Shown piece by piece: positions 1 through 9,900 of a DNA stretch of 29,289 nt (positions are counted from its first letter, which is position 1; every line of letters begins with the position of its first letter). The notes under the pieces are model-generated. The model ran no database searches, was not told where the DNA came from, and saw only the letters and a program-made list of their open reading frames with translations. Origin of the DNA: Gammaproteobacteria bacterium. Its GTDB lineage: Bacteria > Pseudomonadota > Gammaproteobacteria > Chromatiales > Chromatiaceae. Made by a program: the position numbers and the translations under genes. The DNA lies in the NCBI GenBank assembly GCA_041307205.1, contig JBFZDU010000076.1:1-29289 (forward strand), given 5' to 3'.

Positions 1-38
1 TCAAGTGCTGTTCGAGGTTGCCCATCGCGTTTCGCCAT
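1..38 (-). CDS. Possible 5' end of the next gene of the leftward polysaccharide operon (MAKRDGQPRTAL..., runs off window)
   Basis: Minus-strand ATG at 38 with GAGG 8 nt upstream (50..47), 22 nt after the epimerase stop; only 12 codons visible, product unknown. Confidence 0.35.
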   Translation of the reverse strand, partial: MAKRDGQPRTAL

Positions 39-60
39 CTTTTCGGCCTCTTGTGGCGAT

Positions 61-987
61 TCACACTCGCGGCGTGAACATCCAGCGCCAACTCTGCTCG
101 AGGCCCTCTTCGAGGCCGACACGTACGGTCCAACCGGTGACGCTTTGCAGCCGCTCGGTGTCCAATACTATCGCCTGAACGTCTGTCCCCCGCCCCGGGC
201 GACAAACCACACCGAGCTGCCGCCCTGTAGCCCGTGCGACGAGCTCGACCATCTCGGCGATGGAGGTCCCGCGCCCGCTGCCCAGATTGAACACCCCGGT
301 TGCGGCCGGTTGCCCGATCAGCCGCTCGCACGCAGCCACGGCATCATCGATATAGATGTAATCCCGCACCGCGCTGCCGTCTCCCCAGACCTCCACGGGC
401 TCACCCCGCAAAGCGCGCTCGAGCAGGGTCCGCACGAGACCGAAGCCACTGCGCAGATCCTGTCCCGGCCCGTAAAGATTGGATGGCCGCAGCACGGCGA
501 GCGAGGTCCCGTGGGCATGTGCGAATGCCTGGAACAGGGCTTCCAGTGCCACCTTGCCGGCGGCGTGATAGGAAAGGGGCTGTAGTGGGGCCTGCTCGTC
601 GACCGGGACCCTGGCCGGATTGCCGTACACCGAACCGCCGCTGGAGACGCATAGCACCCGGGCCGGTGGGGTTGCGGCCGCGATGCCCAGTAGGCGCGCC
701 GCAGGCAAAACGTTGTACATCGTGTCATGGACAGGGTCGCGCGCCGACGAGCCGGGCGTGCTGGTCGAGGCGAGGTGTACCAGGACCGGACAACGTTCGA
801 GCAGCGGCCGCATGACAGCCGGATCGTCCTGGCTGCCACGGTGGAAGAAGATGCCATCGTTTTCACCCGGCGCCGTGCTGCGTGAGACCACGTGGACCTC
901 TTGTCCGCTGGCCGCCAGGCGACGTGCGAGCGCGCGGCCATAGAAGCCGTTGCCGCCGACCAGCAGGATCGACTGTTCGGATGCCAT
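61..987 (-). CDS. NAD-dependent epimerase/dehydratase (extended SDR), 308 aa
   Basis: Start re-assigned to MASEQSILL (ATG at 987, just after the GT stop at 992-994). Rossmann GGNGFYG, VSSGGSVYG, LRPSNLYGPGQ, VRDYIYIDD, FNLGSG motifs. Active-site motif reads SYHAAGK (see findings). Confidence 0.9.
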   Translation of the reverse strand: MASEQSILLVGGNGFYGRALARRLAASGQEVHVVSRSTAPGENDGIFFHRGSQDDPAVMRPLLERCPVLVHLASTSTPGSSARDPVHDTMYNVLPAARLLGIAAATPPARVLCVSSGGSVYGNPARVPVDEQAPLQPLSYHAAGKVALEALFQAFAHAHGTSLAVLRPSNLYGPGQDLRSGFGLVRTLLERALRGEPVEVWGDGSAVRDYIYIDDAVAACERLIGQPAATGVFNLGSGRGTSIAEMVELVARATGRQLGVVCRPGRGTDVQAIVLDTERLQSVTGWTVRVGLEEGLEQSWRWMFTPRV

Positions 988-991
988 CGAT

Positions 992-2113
992 TTACAAGCC
1001 TTCCAGCAGATGCCGATAGGCCGCCACGCAACGCCTGGCATGATCGTCCCAGGTGCCGACGTGCTCGCGCAGCCACTGCCTGGCCCGCGGGCCGATCGCG
1101 TCAGCCGCTTCGGTGGCCTGCAGGGCCTGGGCCAACTGGTCGCGGCTGTCCACCAGCCAGCCGGTTTCGCCTTGGCAAAGCAGGTCACCGTGAGCCGGAA
1201 TCGCGCTGGCAACGACCGGCAGGCCGGATGCCATGGCCTCGATCATCACCTGTGGTCGTCCCTCGTCATGCCGGCTCAGTGTCAGCAGGCCGGTCGCGCG
1301 TGGAAACCAGCGGGCTCGCAGTTGCTCAGGATTGGTCGCGCCGCCATAGTCAATCCACTCGGGCAATGCGACCTGTTCTTGCATCGGTCCGAGCAGTCGT
1401 AGTTTCCGCCCTGTTCCGAACAGGCCGTCACCCCATTCCAGCAGGTCACCGAGCTTGTTGCGGGTGATCCGGGTCACCACCAGCCACTCAGGTGGGTTCG
1501 CTGGACTGCGTGGGACCGCAAACCAGTCGGGCAGGACGCCGAACGGGTTGGGCCGCACCGTGGCGACATCGCCGAAGTGCTCGGTCAGCTTTGCCGCCAT
1601 CCATTGTGCATTGGGTGCGAGCATGGTCGGACGGCGGCGGAACGCGCGACGCAGCAAGGGCTTCATGCCCGGCAGGTCCAGCAGCCCGAAGTCGCTGCCG
1701 AGCACGCCGACGTAGGCCGGACGCCGGTCTGCCGGCAGGCCGAACACCAATTGCAGCCAGTTGACGTGATACATATCGGGTGGGTTGGCCCGACAGGAGC
1801 GCCGCAGGCGCGCAAGCAGGCCTCGGGAATATCTGAGCCCAGCGAGCGGTCGTCTTCTGAGCAGGTGCGCGATGCCGCCGGCCTGGGCCATCTGCTCCAG
1901 CCAGGCGGCGTCCCTGGTCGAATCGGCGCTGATCACCCGGCCGGGCAGCTCGCCGGGCGGACCCCACAGCCGCAGTCGCGTCTGTCCGGTCCGATCCAAG
2001 GCGGCCGCCAGGTCGTAAATGAAACGCCCCTTCCAATCGGCGGCGTCGCGCGGATAGGAGGTCGTGGCCATGAATACGGAGAGGGGCGACTGGCCCGTCG
2101 CGGAATCGTTCAC
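992..2113 (-). CDS. Glycosyltransferase family 4 (GT-B fold), 373 aa
   Basis: N-terminal TTSYPR motif, C-terminal E-x7-E signature [19 protein letters not shown] followed by ETGWLV; GTG start at 2113 (alternative ATG at 2071). Confidence 0.88.
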   Translation of the reverse strand: MNDSATGQSPLSVFMATTSYPRDAADWKGRFIYDLAAALDRTGQTRLRLWGPPGELPGRVISADSTRDAAWLEQMAQAGGIAHLLRRRPLAGLRYSRGLLARLRRSCRANPPDMYHVNWLQLVFGLPADRRPAYVGVLGSDFGLLDLPGMKPLLRRAFRRRPTMLAPNAQWMAAKLTEHFGDVATVRPNPFGVLPDWFAVPRSPANPPEWLVVTRITRNKLGDLLEWGDGLFGTGRKLRLLGPMQEQVALPEWIDYGGATNPEQLRARWFPRATGLLTLSRHDEGRPQVMIEAMASGLPVVASAIPAHGDLLCQGETGWLVDSRDQLAQALQATEAADAIGPRARQWLREHVGTWDDHARRCVAAYRHLLEGL

Positions 2114-2149
2114 TGGCCTGACGCCTCGGCTCCCTGTCGCATGGTCGGG

Positions 2150-2158
2150 ATACTAGCA
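2150..2158 (-). promoter_or_regulatory. Putative extended -10 element (TGC-TAGTAT) for the GT4/epimerase operon
   Basis: Minus strand reads TGCTAGTAT (TGn-TAnnnT) 36 nt upstream of the GTG start, in the divergent intergenic region. Confidence 0.5.
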
Positions 2159-2214
2159 GATGGCGGGCGGGGCTCATGCGCGTGCTGGGCGTGGGCGCGG
2201 CCGTACTGCGCGGG

Positions 2215-2220
2215 TAGAAT
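2215..2220 (+). promoter_or_regulatory. Putative sigma70 -10 element TAGAAT for aroC
   Basis: TAGAAT ends 7 nt before the aroC ATG; same hexamer recurs upstream of DUF2288 and cvpA genes. Confidence 0.55.
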
Positions 2221-2227
2221 ACCCGCC

Positions 2228-3331
2228 ATGTCAGGAAACACCCTCGGAAAACTCTTCACCGTCACCTCCTTCGGCGAGAGCCATGGGCCGGCCATTGGTT
2301 GCATTATCGACGGCTGCCCGCCCGGGCTTGAACTGGCGGAGGCGGACATCCAGCCGGATCTGGAGCGCCGCCGCCCCGGCAAGACCCGCCACACCACCCA
2401 GCGGCGCGAGCCGGACGAGGTGCAGATCCTCTCGGGAGTGTTCGAGGGCCGGACCACGGGCACGCCGATCGGGCTATTGATTCACAACACCGATCAGCGG
2501 TCCAAGGACTATTCCGAGATTGCCCAGAAGTTCCGTCCGGGCCACGCCGACTACACCTACACCCAGAAGTACGGCATCCGCGACTATCGCGGCGGCGGGC
2601 GGTCGTCGGCGCGCGAGACCGCGATGCGGGTCGCCGCCGGGGCGGTGGCCAAGAAGTACCTCAAGGTGCGCTATGGGGTCGTGGTGCGCGCTTATCTGTC
2701 GGCGCTGGGTCCGAACCGGCCGCGCAGTTTCAGCTGGGACCCGGTCGAGGACAATCCCTTCTTCTGGCCCGATGCGGCCCAGGTCGCCGACCTCGAGGCC
2801 TACATGGACGCGCTGCGCAAGGCGGGCGACTCGATCGGCGCCGAGGTGACGGTGGTTGCGCGTGGGGTGCCGCCCGGCTGGGGCGAGCCGATCTTCGACC
2901 GCCTCGACGCGGACGTCGCGCACGCCCTGATGAGCATCAATGCCGCCAAGGGCGTGGAGATCGGTGCCGGCTTCGAGTCGGTGCGGCAGAAGGGCACCGA
3001 GCACCGCGACCAGATGACCCCTGAAGGCTTCCTGTCCAACAACGCCGGCGGCATCCTGGGCGGCATCTCCTCGGGGCAGGATGTGGTGGCGCGGGTCGCC
3101 TTCAAGCCCACCTCCAGCATTCGCCTGGGCGGGCAGACGGTGGATGCCGCCGGCCACGCCGTCGAGGTGATCACCACCGGCCGTCACGATCCCTGCGTGG
3201 GCATCCGGGCGGTGCCCATCTGCGAGGCCATGTTGGCGATCGTGCTGCTGGACCACGCTCTGCGCCAGCGCGGGCAGAATGCCGACGTGACCCCTGAGAC
3301 CCCGGTCATCCCGCCGCAGGCCGGCTGTTGA
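2228..3331 (+). CDS. aroC: Chorismate synthase, 367 aa
   Basis: [20 protein letters not shown] start, [35 protein letters not shown] signatures. ORF-track start at 1577 is a spurious extension. Confidence 0.98.
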   Translation: MSGNTLGKLFTVTSFGESHGPAIGCIIDGCPPGLELAEADIQPDLERRRPGKTRHTTQRREPDEVQILSGVFEGRTTGTPIGLLIHNTDQRSKDYSEIAQKFRPGHADYTYTQKYGIRDYRGGGRSSARETAMRVAAGAVAKKYLKVRYGVVVRAYLSALGPNRPRSFSWDPVEDNPFFWPDAAQVADLEAYMDALRKAGDSIGAEVTVVARGVPPGWGEPIFDRLDADVAHALMSINAAKGVEIGAGFESVRQKGTEHRDQMTPEGFLSNNAGGILGGISSGQDVVARVAFKPTSSIRLGGQTVDAAGHAVEVITTGRHDPCVGIRAVPICEAMLAIVLLDHALRQRGQNADVTPETPVIPPQAGC

Positions 3332-3387
3332 TCGCCCGCGTGACGACGACCGGATCCCGGTCCTGAGCCGCGGCCCTTTGCTACGTC

Positions 3388-4527
3388 ATGCCCTACTGGC
3401 GCCTGTCGGGTTACTACTTCTTTTACTTCGCGGCGCTCGGGGCCCTGGTGCCCTTTTGGGGCTTGTACCTGCAGTCGCTGGGCTTCGGGGCGCTGCAGAT
3501 CGGTCAGTTGATGGCCATCCTCATGGCCACCAAGGTGGTGGCGCCGCCGCTGTGGGGTTGGCTGGGCGATCACCTGGGGCACCGCATGCGCATCGTGCGC
3601 TTCGCCTCGGCGGTCTCGGCGCTGGTGTTCCTCGGCATGTTCTGGGTCGAGGGGTTTTGGACCATTGCCCTGATCATGGTCCTGTTCAGTTTCTTCTGGA
3701 ATGCCTCGCTGCCCCAGTTCGAGGTGGTGACCTTCACCTACCTCGGCGAGCGGGTGGCCCGCTACGCCCGCATCCGGGTCTGGGGGTCGGTCGGGTTCAT
3801 CATTACGGTGATGCTGCTCGGGGTGCTGGTCGACGCCCAGGGCCCGCGGGTGGTGCTGTCGGTGGTGCTGGTGCTGTACGTCGGGATCTGGCTGTCGACC
3901 CTGGCCGTGCGCGACCCGGCGCTGGCGGTGCACGCCGGGGCACAGCCCTCGATACTCGCGGTGCTGCGGCGCCCGGCCATCCTGGCCTTTTTCGCGGCGG
4001 TGTTCTTCATGCAGATGAGCCACGGCGCCTACTACGCCTTTTACACCATCTATCTGCAGGACTTCGGTTATTCCAAGACCCTGATTGGCCTGCTGTGGGC
4101 GCTGGGGGTGCTGGCCGAGGTGGTCCTGTTCCTGGTCATGCACCGCTTGCTGGCCCGTTGGGGCGGGCGACGGGTGCTGATCGCCAGCCTGTCGCTGGCG
4201 GCCTTGCGCTGGCTGGTGATTGCCTTGTACCCGCAGTCGCTGCCGTTGATGCTGGCCGCCCAACTGCTGCATGCGGCCACCTTCGGCACCTTTCATGCCT
4301 CGGCCATCCACCTGGTGCACCATTATTTTCGCGGCCGGCACCAGGGACGGGGGCAGGCCCTGTACAGTAGCCTGAGTTTCGGGGCCGGCGGGGCGGTGGG
4401 CAGTCTCGCCAGCGGCCTGACCTGGGAGACTCTGGGCGCCACCGTGACCTACCTGATCTGCAGTGCGATTGCGGTCATCGGCGCCGCGATCGCCTGGCGT
4501 TTTATCGACCGCGCCCATGACTATTGA
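3388..4527 (+). CDS. Major facilitator superfamily permease (HcaT/MFS_1_like type), 379 aa
   Basis: About 12 hydrophobic segments; YFFYFAALG...PFWGLYL N-terminus, YARIRVWGSVGF, QLLHAATFG and GQALYSSLSFGAGG motifs typical of this subfamily. Substrate unknown. Confidence 0.85.
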   Translation: MPYWRLSGYYFFYFAALGALVPFWGLYLQSLGFGALQIGQLMAILMATKVVAPPLWGWLGDHLGHRMRIVRFASAVSALVFLGMFWVEGFWTIALIMVLFSFFWNASLPQFEVVTFTYLGERVARYARIRVWGSVGFIITVMLLGVLVDAQGPRVVLSVVLVLYVGIWLSTLAVRDPALAVHAGAQPSILAVLRRPAILAFFAAVFFMQMSHGAYYAFYTIYLQDFGYSKTLIGLLWALGVLAEVVLFLVMHRLLARWGGRRVLIASLSLAALRWLVIALYPQSLPLMLAAQLLHAATFGTFHASAIHLVHHYFRGRHQGRGQALYSSLSFGAGGAVGSLASGLTWETLGATVTYLICSAIAVIGAAIAWRFIDRAHDY

Positions 4528-4540
4528 CGACGGATGACCC

Positions 4541-5617
4541 ATGACCGACACGACTTTCACCCTGGCGCACATCGCCGCCCTGCTCGACATCGCCCTGCCT
4601 GGCGACGGTGCCCTGGTGATACGCGCGCCGGCGCCGATCGAAACCGCCGGACCGGCGGAGATCACCTTCGCCGATGGCCCGCGTTATCTGCCGCAGGTGC
4701 AGGCGGGGACGGCCGGGGCAGTTATCGTCGGCATGGATTTTCCCGATCTGCCGGGACGCCGCCTGCTGCGGGTTGGACAGCCCCGCCTGGCCTTTCTGCG
4801 GGTATTGGAACTGTTCGCCCCGGTGCGCACGGTGACCGGCATCGACCCGCGGGCCGCCGTCGATCCCAGCGTCGTGCTGGGGTCGCAAGTCAGCATCGGC
4901 CCCTACGCGGTGATCGGTGCCGGGTCGCGGATCGGTGAGGGCACGCGCATTCATGCTGGGGCCTATGTCGGCGCCGGGGTGGTGATCGGCGCCGGCTGCG
5001 AGATCGAACCCAACGCCAACCTGATCGACGGGGTGCGGCTGGGCGAGCGCTGCGTGATCCACGCGGGTGCCACCATCGGTGGCGAGGGCTTCGGTTTCCA
5101 GTGGCTGGGTGACCATCACCACAAGATTCCTCATCTCGGCACCGTAGTGCTGGAGGACGAGGTCGAAATCGGCTGCAATGCCTGCGTCGACCGTGCCACG
5201 CTCGGAGAGACCCGCATCGGCCGGGGCACCAAGATCGACAACCTGGTGCATATCGCGCACAACAACCGGATCGGGCGCCACGTGATCCTGGCCGGGCAGG
5301 GGGGCACTGCCGGCAGCGTCAGCATCGGTGACGGCGCGGTCTTGGCCGGCCAGGTCGGCGTGAGCGATCACACCACCATCGGCGCCGGCGCCCGGATCGG
5401 CGGCGGCACCAAGGTGACCCGTGATATCCCCGCCGGCGCCACGATTTGGGGTGTGCCGTCGCGGCCCCTGGCGCGGGTGCTGCGCGAGCAGGCGGCGCTC
5501 GCGCGACTGCCGGAATTGCTCAAGCAGTTCAAGGCCCAGCAGCGTCAGCTCGCTGAACTGCAGGCGCGTCTGGACGGGCTGGCCGCCTCGCCCGCCGACC
5601 GCGACCTGTCGCACTGA
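4541..5617 (+). CDS. lpxD: UDP-3-O-(3-hydroxyacyl)glucosamine N-acyltransferase (LpxD family), 358 aa
   Basis: N-terminal uridine-binding domain (AGPAEITF), hexapeptide beta-helix repeats, GGEGFGF, EIGCNACVDRATLGET, KIDNLVHIAHN (catalytic His), C-terminal helical extension. Confidence 0.9.
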   Translation: MTDTTFTLAHIAALLDIALPGDGALVIRAPAPIETAGPAEITFADGPRYLPQVQAGTAGAVIVGMDFPDLPGRRLLRVGQPRLAFLRVLELFAPVRTVTGIDPRAAVDPSVVLGSQVSIGPYAVIGAGSRIGEGTRIHAGAYVGAGVVIGAGCEIEPNANLIDGVRLGERCVIHAGATIGGEGFGFQWLGDHHHKIPHLGTVVLEDEVEIGCNACVDRATLGETRIGRGTKIDNLVHIAHNNRIGRHVILAGQGGTAGSVSIGDGAVLAGQVGVSDHTTIGAGARIGGGTKVTRDIPAGATIWGVPSRPLARVLREQAALARLPELLKQFKAQQRQLAELQARLDGLAASPADRDLSH

Positions 5618-5669
5618 ACCTTCGGCCGGTCTCCGGCTCCAATTCGCGATTGGCTGCCCGACCCACGAC

Positions 5670-6923
5670 ATGAAGACCCCAGTGACGAAAATCCTGCTTC
5701 CTGTTGCCATCCTCGGCGCGGCGCTGGCGGTTGCCGTGGTGCTGGTCCGGACCAAGGCCCCGGCGCAGCCGGTGACGGTGCAGGAAAAGGCCTGGCTGGT
5801 CAGCGCGACGGCGGTGGAGCCGGGCACCTGGGCGCCGGTGTTGACCCTGTACGGCCGGGTCGAGTCGCTGTGGTCCAGCCAGCTGGCCGCTGGGGTCGCG
5901 GCCGAGGTGCTGGCCGTGCAGGTGATCGAGGGTGACTCGGTGACCGCCGGGCAGCAGTTGATTGCGCTGGACGAGCGCGACGCGCGCTTGCAGCTGACCC
6001 AGCGCGAGGCCGAGTTGCGCGAGGCCGAGGCGCGCATCGCCTCCGAACACAGCCGGCACGCCGCCGATCTGAGCGACCTGCCCCGGGAACGCGAGCTGCT
6101 GGAGCTGGTTCGTGCCGAGGTGCAGCGCCTGAGCGACCTGGTGCAGAAGCAGGTCGGGGCGCAGTCGCAACTGGATACCGCGCGCCAGGCCGAACAGCGT
6201 CAGGTGATCGCGGTGAACGCGCGCGCCGCGGCGGTGCGCGACCACACGGCCCGGCTGGCCCAGCTGGAGGCCGCCCGGGCCCGGGCCGAGGCCTTGCGCG
6301 ACCAGGCGCAGCTGGAGTTGGAACGCTGCCGCGTGGTTGCGCCCTTCGACGGCCGCATCGCCCGGGTGTTGGTGGCGCCCGGGCGCCGGGTGCGGGTCGG
6401 CGATCCGCTGCTCGAGGTCTATGACACGGGTGCGCTGGTGGTGCGGGCGCAGCTGCCCAACCGGCACCTGGCGGTGATCCACCAGGCCCTGGCCGCCGGC
6501 AAGGAGTTGCGTGTGACGGGGGAGATCGACGGTCAGCCGGTGCGGGCGCGCCTGCTGCAGCTGGCGGGGCAGGTGGCCGCGGCCACCGGCGGCGTGGAGG
6601 CCCTGTTCGAACTGGACGACGGCGCCGCCCTGTTGCAGCAGGGGCGCTTTATCCGGCTCGACCTGCGGCTGCCGGCCCAGCCGGATCGCATCGCGCTGCC
6701 GCACGAGGCTCTCTACGGCGGCAACCGGGTGTACGTCATCGATGCCGACAGCCGCATGCGCCCGGTGCCGGTGCGGCGGATCGGCGAGACCCGCACGGCG
6801 GACGGGCAGCCCAGGGTGCTGATCGAGGCGACCGGGCTGCGGGTGGGGGACCGGGTGGTGGAAACCCAGTTGCCCAACGCCATCGACGGCCTGTTGGTGC
6901 GGTTGCCGCAGCCGCGCTCCTGA
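5670..6923 (+). CDS. RND efflux periplasmic adaptor (membrane fusion protein), 417 aa
   Basis: Start MKTPVTKILL (ATG 5670), N-terminal TM anchor, lipoyl-like half motifs (VIEGDSVTAGQQL; VVAPFDGRI), long alpha-hairpin, directly upstream of an RND permease. Confidence 0.9.
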   Translation: MKTPVTKILLPVAILGAALAVAVVLVRTKAPAQPVTVQEKAWLVSATAVEPGTWAPVLTLYGRVESLWSSQLAAGVAAEVLAVQVIEGDSVTAGQQLIALDERDARLQLTQREAELREAEARIASEHSRHAADLSDLPRERELLELVRAEVQRLSDLVQKQVGAQSQLDTARQAEQRQVIAVNARAAAVRDHTARLAQLEAARARAEALRDQAQLELERCRVVAPFDGRIARVLVAPGRRVRVGDPLLEVYDTGALVVRAQLPNRHLAVIHQALAAGKELRVTGEIDGQPVRARLLQLAGQVAAATGGVEALFELDDGAALLQQGRFIRLDLRLPAQPDRIALPHEALYGGNRVYVIDADSRMRPVPVRRIGETRTADGQPRVLIEATGLRVGDRVVETQLPNAIDGLLVRLPQPRS

Positions 6924-6938
6924 GCCAGGCCGAACGTC

Positions 6939-9900
6939 ATGACCTTCGCCCACAAGACCGACCTGGTCGGGACCTTCGCCCAGCACAGGGTGGCGGCGAA
7001 CCTGCTGATGATCGCCATGCTGCTGGCGGGGGTATGGGCGCTGACCAATCTCAACGCCCAGTTCTTCCCCAACTTCGAGGTCGAGGTCGTCACGGTGCGC
7101 ACGGTCTGGGCCGGGGCCAGCGCCGAGGACGTGGAACGCTCCATCACCATTCCGATGGAGCAGTCGCTGCGCACGGTGGATGGGCTGGACAAGCTCAGCT
7201 CGACCTCCAGCCAGGGGGTGAGCCTGGTGACCCTGGAGTTCCCCGAAGGCACCGCCATGGGTGCCGCGACCGACCGCGTCGAGGAGCTGGTCAACGCGGT
7301 ACGCAACCTGCCGCTCGATGCCGAGCGGCCCGAGATTTCGCACGTCATCCGCTACGAACCGGTGGCGCGCCTGCTGCTGCACGGGCCGGAACGGCGCGAG
7401 GAGCTGCGGCCCCTGGCGCGGCGCATCGAGCGCGAACTGCTCGACCGCGGCATCGCCAAGGTGGACATCACCGGCCTGCCGGAGGAGGAACTGGCCATCC
7501 AGGTCCCGCTCGCCAACCTGCAGGACCTGGGGCTGTCGCTGGGCCAGGTGGCCGACCGGGTGGCCGCCGAGTCGCGCGACCTGCCGGCTGGCACCGTCGG
7601 TCGCGACGACGTCGGCCGCGAACTTCGCACGCTCAATCAACAGCGCAGCGAGCTGGGCTTCGAGGCCCTGCCGCTGCGGGCGGACCGGAACGGGCAACTG
7701 CTCCGGGTCGGTGACGTGGCCGAGGTCGAGCGACGGCCCAGGCCCAACCAGGTCGAGGTGATGTACCAGGGTCGGCCGGCGGTCGAGCTGAGCGTGCAGC
7801 GCTCGCCGAGCGCGGACTCGCTGGAGTCGGCCCGGATCATGGACCAATGGCTCACCGAGACCCGGCCGCGGCTGCCGCCGGGGGTCGTGATCACCGTCTA
7901 CGACGAGACCTGGCAGCTGTTCGAGGACCGCGTCAGCCTGCTGGTGAAGAACGGCCTGGGTGGACTGGTGCTGGTGGTCGGCATCCTGTTCCTGTTCCTC
8001 AACGGGCGGGTGGCCTTCTGGGTTACCATCGGCATCCCGGTGTCCTTCATGGCGACCCTGGCGGTGCTCTATATCGCCGGCGGCAGCATCAACATGATCT
8101 CGCTGTTCGCCCTGATCATGGCGCTCGGCATCATCGTCGACGACGCCATCGTGGTCGGCGAAGACGCGCTCACCCATTACCAGACCGGCGAGTCCTCGCT
8201 GGAGGCCGCCGAAGGCGGGGCGCGGCGCATGCTGGCACCGGTGCTCTCGTCCTCGCTGACCACCATCGCCGCCTTCATCCCGCTGTTCGCAATCAGCGGT
8301 TTCATCGGCAAGATCCTCGGCGACATCCCGTTCGTGATCGTCTGCGTCATTCTGGCCTCGCTGGTGGAGAGCTTCCTGGTCTTGCCGGGGCACCTGCGGC
8401 ACAGCTTCATCAATATGCATCATGCCGAGCCCGGGGCGTTCCGGCGGCGCTGGGACGCGGGCTTTGCGCGCTTTCGCAACGGCCCCTTCCGCCGCCTGGT
8501 GAGCGCGGCGGTGGACCACCGACTCGCCACGGTGGCGGTCGCGGTCGGCTCTGTGATCTTCGTCGCCGGCCTGGTCATGGGCGGAAGGCTGGGCTTCAGC
8601 TTCTTCCCGAACGTGCCCGGGCCGGTGGTGGTGGCCAGCGCGACCTTCGTCGCCGGCACCCCGCCGGATCGGGTGGAGAGTTTCATCGCCGAGGTCGAGC
8701 AGGCGCTGTACCGGGCGGATGAGGAACTGGGGGGTGGTCTGGTCCGGGTGGCCAGCGTCGCCAACGGCAAGGGATACTTCACCAATGCCCGCCAGGCGCA
8801 GCAGGGGGAGCAGTTCGCCTCGGTCACCGCCGAGCTGATCGCCAACGACCACCGCGAGGTCAGTAACGAGGAGTTCCTGGCCGCGTGGCGAGCGCACTTC
8901 GACGAGCCGCCGGGCATCGAGTACGTCACTCTGACCACCCGCACCGGCGGCCACCCCGGCACCGAGCTGGAGATTCGCCTGAGCGGCGCCGGCGCCGAGG
9001 AGCTCAAACGTGCCGCCGTCGAACTGGCCGAGGCCCTGGCCGCGATTCCGGGCACGCACGGCATCGAGGACGACATGCCCTATGGGGTGCAGCAGCTGAT
9101 CTACCGCCTGACACCCTTGGGCGAGGCCCTGGGCCTAAGTGTCGCCGACGTCGGCCAGCAGTTGCGCGGGGCACTGGACGGGCACCTGGCGCAAATCTTC
9201 AACCAGGGCGACGAAGAGGTGGAGGTGCGGGTGATGCTGCCCGATGCCGAGCGACACCGCCTGAGCCTGCTGGAGGACCTCAACCTGGTGTTGCCCAACG
9301 GCGAGCGCGCGCCCTTGTCGACCCTGCTGGAACTCACCGAGCGGCGCGGCTTCAAGGCCCTGCGCCATGCCGAGGGCAAGCTGGCGGTCACCGTGTACGC
9401 TGACGTCAACCGCCGCACGGCCAACGCCGGGGCGGTGCGCGAGCAATTGCGCACCGAGGTCCTGCCCGGGCTGGTCGAGCGCTACGGGGTGAACTGGGAG
9501 TTCACCGGCCGCGCCGAGGATCAGCGCGAGACCGCGGCGGACATGCAGCGCGGCGCCGTGTTCGCCCTGGCCATGATCTACATCGTGCTGGCCTGGGTGT
9601 TCGGCTCCTACACCTGGCCGCTGGTGGTCATGGCCATCATCCCGTTCGGCATCGTGGGCGCCCTGGTCGGCCATTGGGCGATGGGCGTCACCCCGACCAT
9701 CCTGTCGATGTTCGGGCTGTTCGCCCTGTCGGGCATAGTGGTCAATGATTCGATCATCCTGGTGGTGTTCTACAAGCAGCTGCGCGAGCGCGGCATGGCG
9801 GTACGCGAGGCCATCGTCGAATCGGCCTGCCAGCGCCTTCGGGCGGTGCTACTGACCTCGCTCACCACCATCGCCGGGCTGACCCCGCTGTTGTTCGAGA

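Noticed and set aside
3348-3362. GACCGG-ATC-CCGGTC hairpin after aroC as a terminator
   Set aside because: Only 6 bp with no adjacent U-tract.
5529-9059. 1176-aa antisense ORF opposite the RND genes (and similar long shadow ORFs opposite leuC 12909-14327, trpB, fimV, leuB, purF)
   Set aside because: Mirror-frame ORFs are expected in high-GC coding DNA because stop codons are scarce; translations have no recognisable motifs and fully overlap confident genes.
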